From: Zancudomyces culisetae HAW-14-8
Taxonomy: Eukaryota; Fungi; Kickxellomycota
NCBI GenBank assembly: GCA_052426225.1
Contig: JBNJNM010000006.1
Coordinates: 2,790,001 to 2,854,000 of the forward strand
Length of the DNA stretch: 64,000 bases
Direction: 5' to 3'
A program made the translations under genes and the position numbers. Under the pieces are notes generated by a model that was not told where the DNA came from, did no database searches, and worked only from the letters and a program-made list of their open reading frames with translations. Below, piece after piece: positions 24,438 through 39,479 of this stretch (the stretch's first letter is position 1; every line of letters begins with the position of its first letter).

Positions 24438-26779
24438 TTTTGAATTTTGTCTATATTTGTTTTTTTAAATGAAAAAGCTATTCACAACTTTTGAGCTAGT
24501 ACTAAAAAAATATTGTAGTTTGGATTTCTGTGGTGTAAAAAAAAAATTTTTTTTTTCCTCAATTGATCCATGAAAAAATTCATAGAATTTTCAATTATTA
24601 TTGAATTTGAAAATTGAAAAAATTGAGAATTGCATTGAATATTAAAAAATTTTTTTTGATTAAATCTATAAAAATAATAAATCGATTAATCCTTTTCTAT
24701 AAAATATACCAACTATACTCTAATAATAAATAATCAAAAAATAACCAAAAATAATTCAAATATACACTATAGTGATAAAAAGCAATAATACATAAATATC
24801 TTTTGATGTAATGTCAACTTGATATAATCAAGTCGAGAGACTAGTGCCATCAACCTTGATGATATACATTTGATTCTGTATGATTTTTATAGAGGGTTGA
24901 AAAAACTTGTCTATATGGTTTTGCAGATTCAATGTATATTGTTTTTTCACAGATTGAATCCATACTTTTAACTATCGAATTACATTGTATTTGATGGTTT
25001 AATATAGATGTGATTCAATGTTTGGAATCTATAATGGATACCAAAATATAATTATTTTTAGTTCCTAGGCAGAACGACAAACTTTGTCATTTAGTTGCCT
25101 AGTTGTTTTAAATATAAGAGTCTGGTGCTATATATGCTCCAGCTCAACACGTAGTAGCTACAATTAGCATTTCCACCTATAATAAAACTATTGTTTGTTT
25201 AGATTGAAATTGCCAAAATTCTATCATAACCTAACAATGCAAGCCATACATTTGGAATGTAATTTAGTGTTAGATTATGATTAAACATATGATTTGAATA
25301 ACCTTTCTAATAAGAGGTTGATAAATATATCATTGGATAAAATGCTAATATTAACTACATTGCTACAATTATACTGATGTGTATTGATCTCTAATTTAAT
25401 TTTTAGTGAGATTGGTTTACTAAAAATCTATTGATTAATACATTATTTAAATACATTTGTATTAGTTTGATTATCGTATGTAGGTTCAATGTACATAAAC
25501 AATGTATGCTTTAAATTTTTATCTCAACCAAAACATTTAGTAGATCATTTTGAAAATATAAATATTGAAAAAAGTGATTTTGGGCGATATGTTCTAACAT
25601 TTTTAATAAAATGAATATTTAATATTAGTTTGTAAATTTGAATAAAAGAGAATGATGGTTCTATATAATCTTGTTATTCCACCTACTTACTTTAATCGAG
25701 CTTATATCTATATATCTTATTAATCCGAATCCACAGATATTAGGTAGATGTAAAAGTGACATCTAAATTAGACATTATTATAAATAAAATATTAATTAAT
25801 TGTTTATCTAATGTACTATTAGTCAAAAATTAAGAAAGATATTAGAAATATACATCTACATAGAAATAAGCAACTGCTGATTGAGGTTAGAATAATATAT
25901 TATAATGTATACGTTTCTATTTTTGATTTTTAATATTAATTTGATATCACTATAATTTATAAATCTAAAAAATTGTTTTATATTGATTACTAATATATTA
26001 CATTTCATAACTAAATAATTAAATCGTGTAGTATTTTGATATTATAGAGTATAATTTACCAAAATCTATATATATATATAGTGACTACTAACTAAACGAT
26101 GGTTAAATATGTATACTTATAATTCCAAGGTTAAAAATTTAAAATACTCAGATTATAGATGATGTATATATGACTACTATCAGTTATAAACTTTAATAAA
26201 AAATCTATATGGTATCAATTGCCTTATCATCCTAACATTGAGTAGACTAAATGGTCGTGTACCCCAGTTGTTTGCACCTATAAGTTTTGTTACTCTGAAA
26301 GGTTTCATTTATTGCTACTATGTCCGGCGCTCTGTGGTCATCTGATTTGTAAGACGGCAATAAGTATTTTATACCTCTGTTGTTTGGCTATAATTTATTC
26401 TGCTATATTTTTAAAATTGTGCCCAGATCTGAACTAAGATATATATTTTTTATTACTAAACTGGATTAAAATTAATAAACGAGACTAAACTCATTGTTAA
26501 ACTTAACGTTGAATCATGATAATCGTTTACTAAATACTTTTCAATGAGACGATAATGTAAAAAATAAACGCGATTCAAAACATAACTAAACATTATTTGA
26601 TAATAAATTATAGTATGGATGTTGTTACATGTTATAGTATTATTGATATATATATAATTATTGTCATGTGGAGGCTCAAGTTGAATATAATATATAACCA
26701 TAACAGTCTGATTATTAAATAATATCGACATTGAATGCCTATAATAATAATATAGTTAGTTATCAAACAATATCACCCT

Positions 26780-29176
26780 ATAACAACAATAACAATACCA
26801 ATAATAAATTCAGTAACAAACATTAAAACTGACAAACTGCTGGTACTAAACGTACCAGAATTGTCTCAGAAAACTGTAAAATATTTTTTTTCGTTCATCA
26901 CAAAAATCGAAAAAAAAAATTTACACGTTAAAAAAATCAAACAGAAAAATAAATCTTACCGCTTCGAAATTCAAAAAATCGATGGTTCCCAGCTTCGTGT
27001 ATCCGTCCTAAAAAAATTGGAGTTTGAAAAAAATTAAAGTGTATACTAAAAGTTGAAGAGAATAAAAATGAAAGAGAGATAAATTTAAAAAACGAAAAAA
27101 CAAAAAATTTATACCAAAAAAAAATTGAAAAAAAAATGAAAAAATTAACCTAAAAATAATGACATACAACGTATGCTCAATAAAAAATAAAAAACATGAA
27201 TTAGATTATTTTTTAACCAAAGTAAATCCAACCATACTATGCTTGCAGGAGACCCACCTGCAGGAGAAATCTGGGAGGATGAACATAAATGGATATACGT
27301 GTGTAGAATCCAAAAAACCAACACTAAAGACGGGTTCTGGTCTTCTAGTAGGGGTAAAAAAAAATATTGGCTGGCACATAGAGGAGTATAAAAATAATAA
27401 TACCTGGATGGCCGCAAAAATACATGGATATACAGAAAAGGAGCATAAAAGACTGGAAGTGATGGTAGTAAATGTACACACGCCACACAAACAAAAAGAA
27501 AGAACTATAATGAAGAAGGAGGTAGAGGACTTCATCAACAAGGAATACGGTAAAAATAAGGAAATAAAAATAATACTATGCGGAGACTTCAACATGAGGA
27601 CGAGCATCGTCACACCATGGTTGAAAAAACTCAGGTGTATAGTCAGGAGAGCCCCGACAAGGAAACGAAGCTGGACAAGGATAATAAAAAAGCGACTGAA
27701 GAACACCATCGACCACATCTTTTATACCCCCACAGTTGGACAATTCGTAATGTTAAAACTACACAAAAAAATTGACCTCAGTGATCATCTGGCTATTACA
27801 GCCAACTTCACCATTAAGGAAATTAAACCAGAGCAGCAAAAATAAATCGTCAACCGGAAATTATTGGACCAAAAATCAGATTTATTTAGAAATCACAACA
27901 AATTTTCAATTTTGACATCTCTTAACGAAACTGACGAACTAATCAGTGAAACCGTTAATGAGACTAAAAAACTGATGGATAAGATATCTGAAAAAAATAA
28001 TCCAAACCCAAAAAATAATGAGAAATTGGCCGAAAAAAATTCCGAAGCCAAAAAAAATCAACATTTTTTAAGTAAAAAAACGCGAAAAATGATCAAACTT
28101 CGTTGCAAATTGTTCAAAAAAATGCTCAGAACTTGTGATGAACACGAGAAAGAGCTGTTTTATAATGACTACGTCCAGATGAAGTCCAAAACTACAAAAT
28201 TAATAAAAAGCGACCAAAAATTACACAAAAAAAAGGAGCTAGTGAAACTATGTGAACACATCAAAGGTAATGATGCCAAGACGATGTGGAGATGGTTAAA
28301 AATGAGGGCTCTAAATAAAAAATCTGTCTTCAATAATGGAGGGGTTTTGGATGAATCAGGAAGGGAGATAACAGAGGAGGCAGAGAAACTCAAAGTTTGG
28401 ATAAAACATTTTTATAAATTGTCGAAAAATGACAATAGCAACGCAAACACAATGTCAGAAGAAAGAGAGGAGGAAATGGACTATTTTAAAGAATGCGACG
28501 AAGAACCAACATGGACAGAAATAAAAGAAGCACTCAAAGAAACACCAAAAAATAAAGCAGCAGGAGAGGACGGAATCCCAAGCGAAATCTGGAAAATAAT
28601 CCAGAGCGACGAGGATCCAGACTCTGAGTTAGCTTTACTTACATTGACAGTAATAAAAAGGTTCTGGACTAATCCAAAATTGAACTGTGAAAATAACACC
28701 AGTGTTATTGTACCAATTTTCAAAAACGGGAATACAAAAGATCCGAACAATTATAGGGGGATTTCGCTAATCCCAACAATTACTAAGATCATTGATAAAA
28801 TAGTTGCTAACAAACTTAGACTTATAGATAATAGGTATACCCTACTGGCAAAAGAACAAGCAGGATTCAGGACACTGGAAGAATGCGTAGCTCAAGCTAC
28901 AGCTCTATACGAATTTATAAAAAGGCGAAAAATCAATAATACAAAAACCATAATTTGTTTTATTGATTTTGAAAAAACCTACGACAAAGTACAGCATAAT
29001 TTAATATTCGAAAAATTAAAAGTGAACAAATAAATGGTAAATTGCTAACAGTAATTAAAGATTTATACGCTAACGTTAAAATAAAAGTAAGGGTAGGAAA
29101 TACATTATCGGAGGCGATGAACTTCGAAAGAGGTGTTCGCCAAGGATGCCCAGCCTCACCAATGCTTTTTGATATA
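26780..29176 (+). mobile_element. Decayed, 3'-truncated non-LTR retrotransposon (APE endonuclease plus RT)
   Basis: EN 27159-27845 has TYNV, CLQETH, GDFN, IDHI and SDH. After one in-frame TAA the RT continues (PKNKAAGEDGIP, NYRGISL, EQAGFR, FIDFEKTYD). After a frameshift near 29030 it reads GVRQGCPASPMLFDI and then breaks off. Left boundary is approximate. Confidence 0.85.
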
Positions 29177-30649
29177 ATATGAGTATTTTTAATGTATACC
29201 GGGAATTTATATAGAATAACATCTAATATTTATACATTTGTATATTATTTCATTATCGATATAAAAAAATATATTTTAACATATATATAATCCGTGAAAC
29301 AAATAAATTTTATTTTATTAATGTTCCGGCATAGCATATGGCTTGTGAATAATATATAATTATTTACATAATAGAATATAGTCTATTATATCTTTAATCC
29401 ATTATATATAGATTTAATCATTAATATATGACTTAATGGAAAATCAAAATGTAAATTTTAGATTTACAAATTATCCGATTATAGTTTCATATTTAGAGTA
29501 TAATTTATATTAAATATTTAAGAATATTTAAACAAAAATATTTGGTTGATTATGAAACAAATGATTTATATAAAATGGAAAATTTTTAAATTTTAAGAAA
29601 AAATTTTTCATAAAATTTTAATTGTAAATATAAATTATATAAATAAAAATATATATTTAGATTTATAATTAATTAATTATTATAGTATATTATACAATAA
29701 TAATTTGTAATTATGGTATCAAACATTCAACCTTATTATTAAATTATTATCAAGATTATTTGTAACTGTATTGACTAAATATCACAAAACTTCACATCAG
29801 TTGACTAATAAATTTTATGTTCATAGTTTGTTATGAATACAACTTAATTGTTTATATTAATGATTCTTATTATATTATGGTTGATAATTATACACATTCT
29901 AATGATATCTAGTGTAATAACCAATATTATACATTGATATTTATTATAATTAATTTATTACAGCTAATTTTTTAAAGTTATTATTAATTTTACTAGTTAC
30001 AAAAATCATATATCTATATTACTTATATATCATTTTTTTTATTTAAATCGAGATTTACAAACTTAATTGTTCATGAAAAGTCATTGTATCACCTTATATA
30101 AAATATGTATTTTAAATCATATAATACTTTTAAGTATTAATATCATATTTATCAATAATGTATAAATCATATATTATATATACTATTTTTTACGAAGTTA
30201 CATTATTAAAATCTTGTTAAAAATTATGATTAAACTAATTATAAAATTATTAATTATAATATACATATTATATAAATCTACAATATTAATATACAATACT
30301 AGAAAAATAATTTTATCTTCAATTCATATATATGAACAGATATAGATATATTGGTTTAACACAATGTAATTTTCTGGAATGCAACATATCATAATCAAAT
30401 TATTATATACAATTAGAAAAGTATAATATAATTATGGGTTGTAAGATGTAACATAATTGGATGTTACATTATCCCATTCCAAAGAAGTATTAAAAGTTTA
30501 CTTTTATACTACATGTCAATTTGAGGTTTTACAAAAAAAATAATTATATATTATAATAATTTTTTTTAATATATTGTTATTATATAAATAATTTACTATA
30601 GAATATTAGGAAATTCGACTTTGAATTATTAATCGAAACTAACGTTGAG

Positions 30650-31060
30650 AGTCATACCATTCGATAATTCGCGAATCAGTACCGGCTTCCTAAAGGCAAT
30701 TTAGAAGAGGTGGGACACTTGGTGCTCGCTAGCGCTTGCGCACATTGGCCGCCTATAACCCCACATTCTTACCAGCTGATTTGTCTTCTCCCTGACGATT
30801 TTACAGCAATCTCGCTTATATATTAAGCGAGTTTACTATATATTTAATATTTAGTTCAGGGAATGTTATCATATTTACACTTTATTTTGAAAATTATACA
30901 ATTTTCAAAAATTTCTTGTGTAATGGATAAATTGTTATTGTAAGTAGTAAAAGCAACGGATTTTTCCTTAAACTGTCTGCGGGATTATACATGAATATAT
31001 CAAATTGTTCCGCCACTCCGGAAAACTTTTTTATTTCAGGTGTCTTTTTCTCTGTTATAC
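30650..31060 (-). mobile_element. Possible highly degraded LTR-element gag remnant downstream of the minus-strand LTR
   Basis: The minus strand reads TPEIK(fs)FSGVAEQFDIFMYN, resembling PDIDKFNGDPRKF in the 34.7-kb gag. It is a GC-richer patch in AT-rich DNA. Confidence 0.3.
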
Positions 31061-31455
31061 CTATAATTTTTGAAAATTTAGTATTTATTTCAACTAAACT
31101 CTACTATTCACTAGAAGATAGCAGAATTACAAAATGTCACAATGAAATTTAATGAATATGATATAATAATTATAAAGAAATACAACAAAGCTCTAACAAA
31201 TTGTATGATATATACATGACGTTATAGCTATTTTAATTAACAATTTATATAAGCAATTATTTGTTATATAACATATTCGCCGCAAAATTCTTACTCTTTA
31301 ATTTATAATACTGAATAGAATTAATTATTAATAATGGGAAAAAACTTAATATTCAAAAATCTACTTGGAGTTGACTTTTAATTTTATATAGATATTTAGT
31401 TATAGTTATAATAATTAATTTAATGATAGACAAGTAATTTTGAATCATGTATATC

Positions 31456-31829
31456 AGTGAGGACTTGACAACTGAGTGATAAATTAATAAATTTTTGTTT
31501 GAAAACTATAGTTAAAGTAATTGATATTTTATTGCAAAAGAACTTTATCAATAAAATCACTAAGTTGTATAGTTTTAAAACTCACAATCAAATTCGTTAA
31601 TAATTAATGAGGATAATAATAATCATGAAACAAAATAGGACAACTCGATATTAAATGATTTTAATATGGAGTTGGGGGTTGGGGAATTGAATAATGAAAT
31701 ATAAACCAATTTCTGTTTACCCATAATGTGGATAATTTCCTTTTTCCCAAAATTATTTTCATTTTTGATTTGCCCAAACAACGAATATAATTTTGGGTTT
31801 CCCCAAAATTTCATGATTGGATCATGACA
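31456..31829 (-). mobile_element. LTR (solo or orphan), same family as 49659-50005
   Basis: The reverse complement starts TGTCATGATCCAATCATGAAATTTTGGGG and ends GTCAAGTCCTCACT. It is colinear with 49659-50005 (shared TTTTGGGG..CCCAA, GGGTAAAC, CAATTCCCCA, CTTTTGCAATAAA blocks). Confidence 0.7.
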
Positions 31830-33259
31830 AAAACTATATAATGACAAGGACTTTATTGCTTTAGAAAACTTTAGATATAAAATTCTTTTTAGCTCATAGT
31901 ATTTTAATTAAATAATTAAAGTCATAGTTAATACATATAGTACTTAGTGTCAAGTCCTGACAATTTATAAGAGATTTTTTCAAATACAGCAAGTCACGAC
32001 TTGACAATAAGACTTTTGGTTATATTGGCTATGATTATTATTAAATTTTACATTTGATGAATATCATCATATTCTAAAGTTATCTACGCAATTTATCATC
32101 TTATACAAGATTTAAATAATTATATAATCAACATAATATTTTTAAAAATTAATATACACTATAACTTGTAATCATACTTTATGATATAAAATTATATCTC
32201 CAAAGTAAACATTATTAGAATTGTGTATTACCCCGTATTATTTAATGTAATTCTTACGTCATATTGTTATTTAGGTAAAAGAATTAAAATGAGATACTGT
32301 ATATAATATGATATTTGCTATTATTTAAACATGTAAATTACATGCAATAATGACATTACTGGTTCATGAACTACACAAATTAAATTATTTTAGGATTTTC
32401 AATACTCTAATTTAAATCCTTATCAGAACTTTCAATTTCGGTAAAATTTCGCTATACATAAACTACTATCAATTAAATTGCTCTCTTAATATAAAAATAA
32501 TCTAATCCTTATTAGTTAAAAAGATTAATAAATACATAAGTAATTTATTAACATTAGAATTCGATAATAACATAAAATTATAAATCAAACTAAATATGAT
32601 GAACATAACTGTGACGATGTTAAATATTATAAATATATAGGGTCGAAATCGTACCAGATATATATATATCGTTAATTTCTTGATTTTCAAGGTTAAGTGC
32701 CTTCATTTAATCAAAATGTATAATTCTAATGGTAGATACTTCCTACTAATAATGCAGTGGAAATCGTCTGATTTATATTTTTCTTTAGTACAATACCGTA
32801 AACATTTAAATCAAGATCTAAATTATTATCTAATTAAATCAAGTAATAAGAATTTAAATAGATTATTTGTATGAATCCAAAAGTCCAAAAGTGTTAGTTT
32901 CCTCATATGTTTACAAAACAAAATTTTTTTTTTTCAAATAAATTATCATATAATATAAGGAATTAAACACGATAATAAAATAGCTTTAATATTTTATTAT
33001 ATAATTAATATTATAATATTTATTATAATAATATTTAAATCATAATTATATATTTAAATTATTATACATATGTTTTTACTTGCTATATTCATTCAAAATT
33101 AGTGATTATAATGATATAATTAATGTATAAGTTAAAATATTAAATAGATAAATATTATTATTATATTAAATATTATTTAATAGGATAGTTCCGTCGCTTT
33201 ATTTAGGTCATAAAATATTTTTTGGTATTAAAAATATATATAATCATTTAATTATAAAT

Positions 33260-34200
33260 ATATTAAGTACATACAGGGTAAATTACCTTGAATATCTATT
33301 GTTGGGACCCCTATTGTATAAAACGAATTGGTGTTGCTTTGAAATATGTTGTTGACTTTCTCTTTGTCGTTCTGGGTTGGCTCTGATTCCATTCCTGGTT
33401 GGTAATTATCGGCATTTGGGCTGGTGGGATTTGTAATGTTACCCATTTTAGAGTCTGCATTGGAGTTCTTATTTTCTGTGTTTATGTTAATTGAATATTT
33501 GTCAGGTCAGCAATTGTGAGGATGCTCTTCGACCTGTGTTAGTCTATTCGTTTCCATTTCCTCATTTGAGTGTTTGTTTTGGTTGATGTTTCCCTCGTTG
33601 TCTACATCCATCCTGTTTTTAATTTCCCTGTCCATCTCCCCTGCATAGGTGTTTGCTTCTTTTTCTTCCTCGAAGTATTTCTCGGGGTTGTTTCTTTGAG
33701 TTATTTTCGTTTTTTTGTTTTTTTTTGATTTTTGTTGTAGTTATATTTGTTTAATTTGGTTATTTTCTCGATGCAATTTGTAAATTTCGCACGAAGATTT
33801 TCAATGTCCTTGTCCATCACACCAGGTGAAATGTGGGTCGCAGTATTTCGACATCATTGCAACCTTGGTTCCTTCAAAATCTAGACAGCTAGGGAGTTAG
33901 ACCTGTTTGTCTTTCCTTGCGAAAACAATTTTGAGGTCGTATGGGTATATCGCATATCAATTGTGTTCCTAACATATCCCATCATCTATGATTTATCTGA
34001 CGGTTCCATAATTAGTCTGCTCTTCTGACGACATCATAGCTCGGTATTTCCGTGCAGTCAGGGATTATGATGAAGGATAATTTCTTCTTGTACTCGACTG
34101 TCTCGATAATGTTGACATTTAGGTCATTTACCCGTACGTGTGTTTTCAAAAAATTTTTGCGTCCTATATTCTGTGAAAGTTAAAGTATATTATCCCCAGA
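33260..34200 (-). mobile_element. Decayed L1/Tx1-like LINE ORF1 (zinc-knuckle) remnant
   Basis: The minus strand reads LPSCLDFEGTKVAMMSKYCDPH-FTWCDGQGH*KSSC, which has CX2CX4HX4C spacing with the first C mutated to F and one stop. A disordered N/E-rich tail follows. Confidence 0.55.
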
Positions 34201-34564
34201 TTCGTGTTTATGACTTTAATAAAACTTATCGGTAAGTAGGACTGGTTGTAAATATGCTTTTTTCGAGGTTGTCTGACAATTAGTACACATAAATAATTAT
34301 TACCCTCTGATCCATTTTTGCAGAATTTCATCAAATTGTTTTGTACTGATTATCATTTACACAACTTAGTAGATATATTATTATTTTCATTACCAATTAA
34401 TTGCATAATTATGTTTTTCATTTATTAGTAACTGAGTCTTTATGTCACTTAAATAGAAATATTTGCTATACACCGAATCCTTAATAATCAATTAAAATTA
34501 ATTATACAGAAATTAATTATTCAATCTTGTTAAATAAACCCAGTATCATCCAGCCCGTAAAATT

Positions 34565-37500
34565 ATGGAAAACTTTATTGCCAACCAGAAAAATGAGCCA
34601 GCCAACCAGCGCCAAGAACAAAACAAACAGTACCAAGAGCCCGCCATCCAATACCACAAAGCAACCAATGATCAACTACAACCAAATCAAGGTGCCAGAT
34701 ATCGACAAATTCAATTGAGACCCAAGAAAATTCCATGACTTCCTCTCAGCCATTGAAAATCAATTTTGGGCGAGACCCGATATGTTTGAAACAGATCACG
34801 TGAAAATATGGTTTATCAGCTCCCACCTATCAGGAACAGCTTCCAAGTGGTTTGACATCCTCAGAGCCAAAGGATCAATAGAAACCAAGGAATACAAAGA
34901 ATTCCTTGCGTTGTTCAAAAAATGCTTCTCAAACCCCGGCAGGACAACAAGAGCCCTTCATCAGCTAAACCAGTGCCGCCAAGGAAGACGTCAGCCTTTG
35001 AATACGCTGTAGAAATCCGCAGCCTGGTACAAATCTGCGGTTTCGACGAGTTCGCGGCAATCAACGCCTTTCGGATTGGTCTCTCACCCCGCCTCAACCA
35101 TCACCTCCTCGATTATTAGTCACCAGGGACTTTAGAAGAAATCATAACCCATGTGGTAATAATGGAAAACACTATCCAACCGAACTTGAGCTACGCCGAT
35201 TCCAGCCGTGAATATAGCAGCTCCCGCCAATATCGCCAGTTCGCACCGCCACCCATGTTCCCATACCAGTACCAATCTCAGCAAAGGTTCTACCAGCCAC
35301 CACCAGAACCCCGCCAAACATCATTCCCAACACCACCCCCCGTACCACTCCCAGCACCCGAAATGATGGATATCGACGCTGTCGTCTCTAAACCACGCGG
35401 CCCACTGACTCCAGAAGAACGCAACCGCAGGATCACCAACAGACTGTGCATGTATTGCGGACAACCAGGTCACATCATCCGCAACTGCCCTCTCAGAACC
35501 CCGCGCCAGACCGTGAACACACTCATATCGGAAGATCACATTACTGGTGATTTAAAAGGCCTGACCCAGCAGTAAAAGGGAAGCTACTACTGGGCTCCGC
35601 CACCAATAAAAATTATTCTAGTAGATTTCTAATTAGTATAGTTTTGAATAAAATTCACTCCGTCGCGGCACTAATTGATAGTGGCGCTTCAGAAAATTTC
35701 ATTAGCTCCGATGCCGTACAGAAATACCACCTCATGCCATTCACACTGACATCACCCATCCCAGTCGAAACAATTAATGGTAATCCGCTGCTTCCCAACG
35801 GTATAAGCCAATACGTTGATTCTGTCACCCTTGAAATAGCCAATGACCACGCCGAAAAAATCGACCTGTACGTCATTCCTGCAACCCATGCCGACATCAT
35901 ACTAGGACTACCATGGCTCCAAAGGCTCGCACCTAACATCAACTGGAAATCACTCAACATCATCTTCAGCTCCCCCTACTGACGCAGAAAATGCCTACCA
36001 ACAGAAAAAATCGACTCCGTACTCACCCCCAAGAACACTCAGATGCTAAGAAACATAGTCAATCAGTTCTCCGACTTCTTCAAACCAGCCCAGACCAATT
36101 CCGAAATAGACTCAGATGAGGAAATGTACTCCGCCAACGAAGACTTGAACGCACTATCCGACGCAGAAATGGACACAGACTCAGAAATATCGGAACCAGA
36201 TACTCATATGAACCTAGACAGCGCATCTGACTACTCTGATAGTGATCACGAAATGGAAGTGATCAAAATCTCACCACCCGACACCCCCAAACCTACACCT
36301 ACCCGAACAACAGATCCTTTCGCAGACTTGCAAGTCTTCAACAACAGTAACCCATCTCCACTCATTACAAAAATGTTTGGCCACATGAACTACCTCCTCA
36401 ACCCAACCAACTACTCGCCCCAGACCCCACCCAAAACATCTGAACCACCTGCAAAGCCTTACCAGTCATCTCTTCCTACCAAATCACTACCACCCCCACC
36501 ACCTATCCAGCATTTACCACGTACTGAAATCACCACTCCTCAAACCACTAGCCAATCACAATCACCACATCTTATTCCACCAGAAACCACGCCTCAAGAC
36601 ACTAAACCATCTTAATCTCCACCTTTACCCAAACTTCCCACAACCCCAGAACCAATCCCAATAATTTACACGGAGTACAAAGAGGTATTCAACGAATCCG
36701 CTGCATCCAATCTTCCACCACACCGCCCCTACGATTGTGACATCAAGATCAAGGAAAACACATCCCCCGCTTGGGGTCCAATCTACCCGCTCTCAGAAAC
36801 AGAACTGAAAGCGTTAAGAAGCTACCTCGACGAAAACCTCGCCAACGGGTTCATACGCCTATCATCATCACCAGCTGGAGCACCCATCATGTTCGTGAAG
36901 AAAAAATCTGGAGACCTCAGACTGTGTGTAGACTACCGTAAACTAAACGATGCTACAGCCAAGAACAGACACCCCTTGCCCCGTATAGATGAAGCTTTCG
37001 ACCGCCTCCGCACTGCCAAGTTTTTCACAAACTTGATCTCAAAGGTGCTCACAATCTGATCCGTGTAAAGAAGGGAGATGAGTGGAAGACAGCATTCCGC
37101 TGTAGATATGGCCATTTTGAGTACCAGGTCATGCCATTTGGACTCACAAATGCACCAGCCACCTTCCAGCACTTCATTAACGACGTCCTTAGAGACGTGC
37201 TAGACCACTACGCCATAGCTTATCTCGACGACATCCTAATCTTCTCTGACGACTTCGAAACCCACAAGGTCCACGTCAGCAATGTCCTAAGCAAACTCAT
37301 GGAAAACCACCTGTACTGTAAACTGGAAAAATGTCAATTCCATGTCCAAGAAGTGGACTTCCTAGGACATGTAGTCTCATCCAAGGGTATCTCCACTGAC
37401 CCTGAAAAGGTGAAATGCGTTAAGGAATGGAAACCCCCAACTAGTATCAAGGAAATACAGTCCTTCTTAGGGTTTGCCAATTACTACCGCAAGTTCATCC

Positions 37501-39470
37501 CCAACTTTTCCAGAATAGCTATCCCGATCACCATCCTGCTGAAAAAAGACACTGTGTTTAAGTGGAATCCCGAAGCAGAAAAAGCCTTCCGGGAACTGAA
37601 ATCCAAGCTAACGTCCACTCCTGTTCTCATGTATCTCAACCCAGATAAACAGTTCATCGTAGAAACAGACGCCTCTGACTACGCACTGGGAGCAGTCCTA
37701 TATCAGGTAGACGACGAAGGGAATATCAGACTTTGCGCATTCCTCTCGTACAAATTTGACAAGACACAGGCAATTACAACATCTACGACAAGGAGATGTT
37801 GGCCATAGTCTATGCTCTTAAGGAATGGCGTCACTACTTGGAGGGAGCAAAAATCCCATTCTTAATCCTTACCGACCACAAAAACCTAGAAACATTCAAA
37901 CAGGCCAAATCATTAATCCAGAGACACGCCAGATGGGCACTCCACTTAAGCAGATACGACTTCATCATCACGTACAGACCCGGTTCACAAGGAACTAAAC
38001 CCGACGCACTATCCAGGCTCCCAGGCCACAAGACCGAAGTCACACACGGAGGAAATATCATCCCCTGGAAACACTTCATAGACTCCATTAGTATCTAACC
38101 AGTGACATCAGAACAATGATCATCCAGGAATCCAAGAACCAATTACAGAAGCTATTAGACAGAGCATCCCGCTACAGTTTCAAACACAGCCAAGAACTAG
38201 CCCGTATCCAAGATAACATGGTATGTATAGGTAACAGAGCTGTAATCCCAGACGCATTACGCTTAGACATCGTCCGATCCCGCCATGATAGCGGTCCAGC
38301 AGGCCACTATGGAACTAGAAATACCATTGAACTGATCGAGCGCGACTTCTGGTTCCCAAAACTGCGCGAGTACGTCAAGGACTATATAAAGACGTGCGAC
38401 ACCTGCCACAGATCTAAGGCCCCCCGCCACAAGAGATACGGTATGTTAACACCTCTACCAGCCGCTACCTCACCTTGGGCATCAGTTACAATGGATTTCA
38501 TTACCGATCTACCCTCGTCAAGCCAGTTCACAACAATTATGGTAGTCGTCGACCGTTTTACAAAGATGGGACATTTCATCCCTCTTAAAAAGGTCCCTAC
38601 CTCTGAAACCACCGCATCAGAATTCATTAACAATGTTGTTAAACTCCATGGCCTCCCACAAGAGATCATCTCGGATAGAGGTCGCCAGTTCACCTCGAGA
38701 TTCTGGAAAAGATTATTCGAACTCCTCAAAGTAGAAATCAAACTATCCACTGCTTTTCATCCAGAAACCGATGAGCAAACCGAAAGGGTGAACCAAACCC
38801 TAGAACAGTACATCCGCTGCTTTACTTCCCATCTCCAGGATGATTGGGCCGAGCTACTCCCCGTTGCAGAATTCGCATTACAACAACTCGGTCCACTCAG
38901 CTATAAAATCCACACCATTCTTTGCAATGTATGGCTATCACCCCCGCTTCGACCCTCTACTTATCAAATCATCCTCAGTACCCAACGCGGAAGAATGAAT
39001 CAAGGTGATCCGCAATACCCACAAAAATCTCGTCTCAAACATCAAGAAAGCATCCAAAAGTGCAAAGAAGTTCGCTGATAGACAAAGGCAGAAAGGACCA
39101 AGCTTTGCGATAGGAGATTACGTATGGCTGAACAGTAAGAACATCGCTACAGCAAGGCCTAGCTAAAAACTGGATCACAAGCGATTAGGGCCATTTAAAA
39201 TCATCGGCATCATCAATCCTGTAACGTACAAACTCGACCTCCCCGCAACCATGAAAATACACCCAACTTTTCATGTATCCCTTCTTTCTAAATATAAACA
39301 TAACACTATCCCTGACCGCATTCCCGTCTCACCTCCACCAATAATAGTCAATGGCCAGGAAGAACAGGAAGTGAAATCCATTCTGGACTCGAAACTGGTA
39401 TGGAACAAATTATATTATCTCGTGGACTGTAAAGGATTAGACCAATCCGAACAATCATGGTTACCAATAG
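34565..39470 (+). mobile_element. Decayed Ty3/gypsy chromovirus (gag-PR-RT-RH-IN-chromodomain); no LTR pair found
   Basis: Gag [18 protein letters not shown]; protease ALIDSGAS; RT MPFGLTNAP and YLDD; RH ETDASD and TDHKNL; integrase HHCC plus MDFITDLP and SDRG; IHPTFHVSLL; chromodomain start QEVKSILDSK...YLV. Multiple stops and frameshifts. Confidence 0.92.
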
Positions 39471-39479
39471 TGATCATAA

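Noticed and set aside
31456-31962. Inverted GGACTTGACA/TGTCAAGTCC repeats suggesting a ~500-bp MITE
   Set aside because: They are explained as ends of two LTR copies in opposite orientation, and no TSD was found.
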